A stretch of 46,927 nt of DNA. It comes from Tubiluchus corallicola (lineage: Eukaryota; Animalia; Priapulida). The stretch lies in the NCBI GenBank assembly GCA_030141605.1, contig JAQGDQ010001330.1, positions 1 through 46,927 on the forward strand, read 5' to 3'. Made by a program: the position numbers and the translations under genes. This document shows positions 40,611 through 46,927 of this stretch, in pieces; position 1 is the first letter of the stretch; each line of letters begins with the position of its first letter. The notes beneath the pieces are model-generated. The model did no database searches. It had not been told where the DNA came from and saw nothing but the letters and a program-made list of their open reading frames with translations.

Positions 40611-40899
40611 TACCAAACTTGCTACAATGCCAACTTCTTTGTAGTCCCATTTTTGTACTTTCATATATACGGCCTAAAGAAGTTTAATAGAAATTTGATG
40701 CTATAGCAAGAGTAAATTTATTTAACTTCATAACTGAATACAATAGTTAAGAAGCTAGACAGATTACACAGACAAAAACGAGCAGAGGTGACGAAAGACC
40801 ATGCAGTCACCTCTAATTAGATGTTAGTAACATTAACATTGTACTAGTTTCAATTAATCGAAGTCATAATTACATTAATTCATAAAAATAAAAATGCAA

Positions 40900-41460
40900 A
40901 CATGTCTATATACATACATTACCTACCACTACCTTAAACTTATAAACCTACACACATACTTTTGCATACTTACACTAAAAATGAGAACAGATTATAGAAT
41001 GATGGTAATAAAAATAATGAGTAAAATACTACAGTCTTAACATAAATTTATGGGAGGTAAATCAACGACATTAAAGGAATCAAAATGAAGAATGAATTAT
41101 AGAATAATTTAGAATATTTAATTAAAGTTCTTTTTAGTAAGTGTACAACAAATTTTACATTAGGAAAATGATGTTTAGAAATTGTAAGTTATCCACTATA
41201 TGACTGAAATAATTTATTTCTATATTTTGATACTGGTGTTTTAATAGAGGTAAAGAATTTTATACCTGGGTTTAGGGAGTTCCATAAAATAGTTTCACAG
41301 TGTTCTATTGTGCAGAAACCTTGATTAGTAATGCAGCTAATTACTATGAATTAGTGTGAAACTAGTGTTTCTTATACAAAATCTAGCATTGAATAAGCCA
41401 CTTTAATACACATGGTTACAGTAGAAGTATAAGGATAATAACAATGTTATAAGATGAGTC
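40900..41460 (-). mobile_element. Degraded LINE 3' fragment
   Basis: Minus-strand peptide remnant ...ETILWNSLNPGIKFFTSIK resembles the LWNxL motif of LINE ORF2 C-termini. Confidence 0.35.
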
Positions 41461-41479
41461 AAATGCTGGTGAAATTTGT

Positions 41480-42143
41480 CAGCTACATTTGCATTATATC
41501 ATCTTTCAAGTCATTCAGAAAAAATTCTACATAAGGTCATCCATCCATGCACTGATCAGGCTTGGCATTGCTTAATTTCGCTCGCTATCGCACATTACCA
41601 AACTGTTGCCCTTGATACTCTTATATTATATCATTCTTCAAGCCATTCAGAGGTAACTTTACATGGGGTCATCCATCCATGTACAGATCAGGCTTGGCAC
41701 TGCTTAATTTTGCTTGCTATCGCACATTACCAAACTGTTCCCCTTGCTAATTTTGCATTATATTATCCTTCAAGCCATTCAGAGGTAATTTTACATAGGG
41801 TCATCCATCCATGTACTGATCAGGCTTGGCACTGCTTAATTTTGCTTGCTATTGCACATTGCCAAACTGTTCCCCTTGCTACTTTTACATTATATCATTC
41901 TTCAAGCCATTCAGAGGTAACTTTACATGGGGTCATCCATCCATGTACTGACCAGGCTTGGCACTGCTTAATTTTAGTTGCTAGCACAAATTGCCAAACT
42001 GTTCCCCTGGCTAATTTTACATTATATCATTCTTCAAGCCATTCAGAGGTAACTTTACACGGGGTCATTCATCCATGTACTGACCAGGCTTGGCGCTGCT
42101 TAATTTTGGTTGCTAGCACAAATTGCCAAACTGTTCCCCTTGC
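41480..42143 (-). repeat. 132-bp tandem repeat x5 containing a 5S rRNA internal-control-region-like segment
   Basis: Period 132 (41641/41773). Minus strand reads AAATTAAGCAGTGCCAAGCCTGGTCAGTACATGGATGGATGACC. Confidence 0.85.
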
Positions 42144-43218
42144 ACCAAAGGGCATATGTGAAGCCTGCAGTTCATACTGAGCAGAAAAAAACAATTATTT
42201 ACCACAAACTATTAAGAAACAAACAATTACCCATCAGAAGACAGATGGACAATGTCCGTGGTAAGTAATACTCTAGCGGATATCCAGAACGTCGTATTCC
42301 AGACCATTCCATATACCAATAACGATGTTAATCTTCCTAGTATCTCCCAAGATGAAACAATAAGAGAATGTAAATTGCCGAATGAAAATTGTTACGGTAC
42401 GACAATTCCCCGAGCGTAAGTAAATAATAAACGACTAATAGCTTGACCTAGCAAAGACATTATAAAATGTAACAGATGCTCCAAGAACAATAGACTCCGT
42501 TCCTCAAGAGATAACGGCCAATTAGTACGAGGACCGGCGACCGAAAAAGTAATCGAGCTCATACTCGCACGGGAGTTGAACCAGCTGCCCAAAATTGCAA
42601 ACTTGAGTAGAGTTGAATCAACAACTGCAAATTTCACGGCTATTTTTAACATCTGCGACACAAAGTTTCTACAAATTTAATGTTCCTAGCTTACTAAAAC
42701 ACACGTGAAAAAATAATTTTCATTTTATTGAAGTTTAGAATCCCCGTGCTCACACATCATTCGTCTTGAAGAAAAGTAGCGCGCTGTCAATCTTCATCAA
42801 AAGTATAAGTTTTTACAAAAATTAGATAGTTAAGTTTGCAATATTTTTACGTGAACATTGGGTAAGCTGCAAAAGTATGAATTAGTTTAAGCAGCGCGCG
42901 CTTACGGAAACTCACGAAGTCTCCCAGTTATGTCACGATTTTCAAGATGGCGGCAACCACCACGCCTGAAAATTTCTATTCAGAGGTAGTATATTTTAAA
43001 TTCATGCTTTATAGGCAGTTCTTTGCAAATTTCTTTGTCATTTTTTTCTAAGTTTAAGTGAAATAACAGTAGAAAAAAACCCACATACTAAGTGACTTGT
43101 TCTTTCCTTTAAGCGAAGTATGACTGAAAGATGTTCGCTTGTTTTGCAACTCAAACAGAGAATCTGTATCTCAGGTGAGAAATAAACTTGTTTTTCCACA
43201 TAAATAAAAGTCACTTAC

Positions 43219-43312
43219 CCCATTCGATTGGTGACGATCGAATCATGTCAACCATTGATAGACTCCACGGAATATCACATATACTCGCTACGCCTGAAAC
43301 TTCAAGCGTCGG
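43219..43312 (-). CDS. TRAPPC9: TRAPPC9 internal coding exon C (94 bp, phase 0-1)
   Basis: atttcag acceptor and G|gtaagt donor. PTLEVSGVASICDIPWSLSMVDMIRSSPIEW resembles the recalled PSLKRSGEASV...LQLAPLQW. Frame is continuous with exons B and D. Confidence 0.88.
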
Positions 43313-43459
43313 CTGAAATGACTCAGTCAAGTATCATAAACTTAAAGAGACTCGTAAAAAACGGCTAGAGAAGAAGAATAAAGAATAAAGAATAAGGACT
43401 ATAATCAATAAACTGCAAAAACATCTTCATCTAAACATTGTACCTAAACAAAACGTTTG

Positions 43460-44080
43460 TTAAAGCAAAACCGGATCCAATATTAAACTGCAGGTCAAAA
43501 CAATCTACTCTTTAAAATATTGAAAGAAACATACTATCTTTTCAAAACTGACTAACGTGAAAGTATTATTACTGCAAAAACACAATTTCAAGTTTGCACC
43601 ACTGGTTCTTCACTGTGAGAAGCATTTCGCCATTCATTAGTTAGACGGGCACTAGCGTCTACATTTCGAAAACGTATAGCACAAAAAACAAAAAACAGAT
43701 GCTGTACCTCTCAGTTTAGATGTGTTAGATTGTGACGAACTACACACGTTCGACAGCTCATGCGTGAGCACAGCGGTAAAATTAAAATTTGAATTTTTAT
43801 CTTGAAACTTACCTAGTTTTAGTACAACACACTGAATATCTTACAGTAGCACTGTACTTGAATTTTCTCTTTCACAAACACGTACAACACGCCCGTGGAA
43901 TGTTTTTGCTGTTTAAAATTATGTTAGTTGGTGATGTCTTCAAAAGTTGGGCTCGCCTGCCGTTAATTACGTTTTTAGTCTACTATTCAATTATCAAAAA
44001 TGCTTTTGCAGTATCAATCGTGTTGAAATGTATGCTTTTTATTGGCCCTGAAAATGGCTCGTAGTATATGAAAAATTAAT
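43460..44080 (+). mobile_element. TTAAAG-starting dispersed repeat, same family as 21168-22229
   Basis: TTAAAGCAAAACCGGATCC... is colinear with 21168-21720. ORFs 43789, 21511 and 21740 share peptide blocks. Confidence 0.75.
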
Positions 44081-44164
44081 CTTCCTTTACACAATCAATA
44101 CACAAAAAAGAAATATATTTTGCTAAAAATATTAAGCTGTGCAAAATATCTACAGAGTGTGTTT

Positions 44165-44530
44165 ACTAGCGGTGAACATGTTATTATTATTATATCTATT
44201 AGAAAGCAAATTTGAACCGAATTGAGTTTTTCACTTCAGAACTCGAATCAAACCGAACTTCTATAAAATTTTGAATACGAATCTAAAGATCTCTCACTAA
44301 ATTTTCGAATGACTAACAAAAGCTGTCTCACAAAGATCTTGCATATTGCTTAATTTTATTCCACAGTAAAAACACTAATAATTCGTTAAAAAAATTTGCT
44401 GATTTCATGACATTTCAAACATTTTAATGGGAAAGAACGTATTCAGCTGAATTATTTCAATCCAGGTTTAAATTAATTCAAATTAAAAAAAGGCGTTCGA
44501 ATGGAATTTCAAAATTCGATGTTCACACTG
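44165..44530 (+). mobile_element. Diverged copy of the hAT-like MITE
   Basis: TAGCGGTGAACAT ... ATGTTCACACTG ends. Internal similarity to 28023-28413. Confidence 0.45.
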
Positions 44531-44709
44531 TCGTTGATGTTTCTACTTTTGATAAAATTGTAGCTTGCAGGTGATGACCCTAATGCTAATGAGCAGCAGA
44601 GGAAGACAGTCAATATTAACAAGATAGAAATTAGGAATTTTGGATTTGCTACATTTCATATTACGTGTGTGCTAGCATAGCAAAATTGTCCATAAGTCGG
44701 CAATTAAGT

Positions 44710-44972
44710 TTTTCTAGCCATTCACATATCCTGAATCTCCATTTCATGAGGGTCATTTTGATACCAAGTTCATCATTCTATGTTATTTCTAAGCTGAGAT
44801 AATCCACGTTGAAGTTGAGGTCCGTTTGTGTGTGCTTGCATAGGAAAATCAGCAAATAAACTTTTCTAGTTATTCACATATCCTGAATCTCTATTTCATG
44901 AAGATCATTTTGATACCAAGTTCATCGCTCTATGTTGTTTCTAAGCTGAGATAATCCACGTTGAAGTTGAGG
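44710..44972. repeat. Direct duplication (~110-bp core, ~152-bp period)
   Basis: ATTCACATATCCTGAATCTC...GTTGAAGTTGAGGT occurs twice. Confidence 0.85.
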
Positions 44973-45573
44973 TACAGGCTGCACATTGAAAAACATAATC
45001 TTGAGAAAATCACTGTTAAAGTTAGCCATTGTTTTTTGTCGCGTTTCTACAAAACACTTAGCAACCGCGCAAACGTTGGTTGCTACGGATATTACAAGAG
45101 CACGTTGAAGTTATGTTCAAATCCAGTAGATGGCTCTCACTGACGAAGATCTGGGTTTAGCAACAGAAAAAACCTGAAGCAAAATGAACTGCTTCCACGA
45201 GTTACAATCAGACTTTGAGAATACAAGTTTTCCGCATTCGCAGCACTAGTTTTTAGACAAGGAAGTGGATGCATTGTCATAAAATTAAATTTTGAGTATT
45301 TTTTGAACATTTTCTTAGTAATTTGATGCTAAAATACGAAAGTCCAATATATTTAGCATTTGTTTTAATAAAAAACAAAAAATTGACGTTTTAACCAATT
45401 TTTGGTGCATTCTTCTTTCAAGCATCATAACGCAGTTTTAACAATAGTGACTAATGGGTGATTTTGGTTTGCAAGCACGCATATTACAATGAAAATGCGA
45501 CACAATCTTAAACATAATCACTGATAATACATTCCTACAACACTGACAGAACACTGCTAACAGGAAAGGATAC

Positions 45574-45697
45574 CAAATGCCATTTGATATTGACTAGTTC
45601 AGCTACGTGTTCTCTGCATGTCTGCTCGATCGACTGCATGTGGTTTAATAAGTCGACTATCTTCTCCAGCGGACACCTTTCTACTTGAATTGGTATC
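45574..45697 (-). CDS. TRAPPC9: TRAPPC9 internal coding exon B (124 bp, phase 2-0)
   Basis: tttttacag acceptor. (R)IPIQVERCPLEKIVDLLNHMQSIEQTCREHVAELVNIKWHL resembles the recalled RMAIQVDKF...LGICWRI. Donor is GTATCCTTT. Part of ORF 45535..45747. Confidence 0.88.
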
Positions 45698-45844
45698 CTG
45701 TAAAAATGAGGAACTTGCCTTGTATTTAAATACTCAAAACAAAACACAGCAGTACTAGCTAACTAATATAAATGGCTGTTTTATAAGCTGAAACAAAAGT
45801 TGAACTGAATTGAATTGAGCACAGAACAGATTTTCCAAACACAT

Positions 45845-46220
45845 CAGTCGACAGGTTTCCAGTGACTGGTGATGATCATGAAAAGGTCAAAGGTTAAGTG
45901 TACCGCATTTGTGTACACTTGACAACACCTCGCAACCCATGCTAGTGAAGTAGTATCAGTTTTAACAGTTAGAACTTGACTTAGTTCATTTTTCTTGTTC
46001 CCAAGCAAGACCCTGCTAGTAAATCACTGTACGTACTGATTAATGCATGATTAATAAACGTCCACGTAAAACAACTGCAGTTACTGAAGTAATGCGGCAC
46101 ACGGCTTTACTTTACATACATCACGCGATGGTTGCAGCTAAGGTGCGTTGCTGTGGTACACTTAACCTTTGACCTACAGCAACTGTGCGTGCGCACAACG
46201 AGACTGCGAAGAGGCTTATT
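45845..46220 (+). mobile_element. MITE (AATAAGCC-TIR family) in the TRAPPC9 A-B intron
   Basis: GATGATCATGAAAAGGTCAAAGGTTAAGTG ... GACTGCGAAGAGGCTTATT. Confidence 0.72.
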
Positions 46221-46606
46221 CTCCTACTGCTAGAAAGTACGAGTATGCAACATTTTTACTGCACTTATAAAATAATTAGCTAATTGGAAACAAACAAATC
46301 CGACTAATTAACATACCTATTGTTATTACCTTTTGCTTGATTAGATTTTTGCAACGGTTGAGCGCATTGCACAACAGACGCATCGGTCCCTCGGGGTCAC
46401 AGAAGAAAAAGCACAACTACTCAACTGGCATTTTATAATCAATTTGCAAAGCATAGATGAAATAAACCTCGGCATTTCTAAATAATTAATGGGATGAGGA
46501 AAAATACGATTGCAGCAGCTTCGTGAGGAAAGCCAGTAAGCAATCTAAACAATACAGAAGTAAGAAATCTACTAAAAAGGTCATTAATGATTAATGCTAA
46601 ACATAC

Positions 46607-46717
46607 CTGCTCGTTTCCTCAGCTTCCACCAGCATGCACTTATCGGTCGCGTAATTCAGTTCCATCTCGTGTTGCGTAGCGTTTAGAATGTCAAACACCA
46701 GGTAACACATCGAAGGT
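46607..46717 (-). CDS. TRAPPC9: TRAPPC9 internal coding exon A (111 bp, phase 2-2)
   Basis: ttttttcag acceptor and CAG|gtatgt donor. Translates PSMCYLVFDILNATQHEMELNYATDKCMLVEAEETS(R), resembling the recalled human TRAPPC9 segment CHLLLDVFNSTEHEL...AGECQR. Splices in frame to exon B. Confidence 0.88.
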
Positions 46718-46927
46718 CTGAAAAAATGTAAAAAGGAAGTATGCAAATTTGTTAGTGGCCACCTTCTGGGAGCTTAGACTCGTGTTTCAACTTGAATACT
46801 AAACAGGCAGCAAGTCTTGCAATACAAAATTTAAGATTATACATTGGAGGAAAGATCAACTCACTTAAAGGAAAAGTCAACTATACTGGGAAGTTAGGCT
46901 TATTTCTATGTTCGAGAAAATTGTTAG

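Larger units (their letters stand above)
39284..43108. mobile_element. Possible TTAA-flanked (Kolobok-like) composite element with ~370-bp inverted ends
   Basis: TTAA|AGGAAAGAACAAGTCAC ... GTGACTTGTTCTTTCCT|TTAA. Arms at 39284-39660 and 42755-43108. No transposase ORF visible. Confidence 0.5.
12266..43218 (-). other. ~31-kb TRAPPC9 intron hosting two antisense genes and many repeats
   Basis: Exon C ends G|GTAAGT and exon D starts AG, giving GAG (Glu) and a colinear TRAPPC9-like peptide with no apparent missing residues. Confidence 0.8.
43313..45573 (-). other. Putative U12-type (minor spliceosome) GT-AG intron of TRAPPC9, 2261 bp
   Basis: 5' splice site GTATCCTTT matches the U12 consensus RTATCCTTT. 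Branch-like TACTTGAC at 43333-43326 has its A 15 nt from the exon, and there is no real polypyrimidine tract. Confidence 0.78.

Noticed and set aside
41480-42143. Functional 5S rRNA gene cluster
   Set aside because: Only ~44 nt per unit is 5S-like. The 5' part and the terminal helix are not recognisable.
41476-42180. 234-aa His/Cys-rich repeat ORF resembling a zinc-binding protein
   Set aside because: Product of the 132-bp repeat (a multiple of 3) with a non-ATG start. Better explained by the 5S-like nucleotide motif.

Overview
AT-rich, repeat-dense eukaryotic (invertebrate animal-like) genomic DNA, not prokaryotic. The window appears to lie inside a minus-strand TRAPPC9 (NIBP/Trs120) gene. 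Four frame-compatible C-terminal exons are readable (46717-46607, 45697-45574, 43312-43219, 12265-12167), one of the introns looks U12-type, and another is ~31 kb long. Nested antisense in that 31-kb intron are two intact, tandem-duplicated two-exon GNAT acetyltransferase genes (YitH/Acetyltransf_18-like, 293 and 296 aa). The rest is non-autonomous transposons (a head-to-tail Helitron dimer, a hAT MITE with TSD, TTAA-flanked elements, MITEs, tRNA-SINE and LINE relics), long inverted repeats and more than a dozen mini/microsatellites. Several satellites have a visible origin: a TRAPPC9 splice donor, a 5S rRNA promoter-like segment, and MITE ends. Most long ORFs in the supplied track are repeat artefacts. 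All homology calls are from recall, not from database searches.
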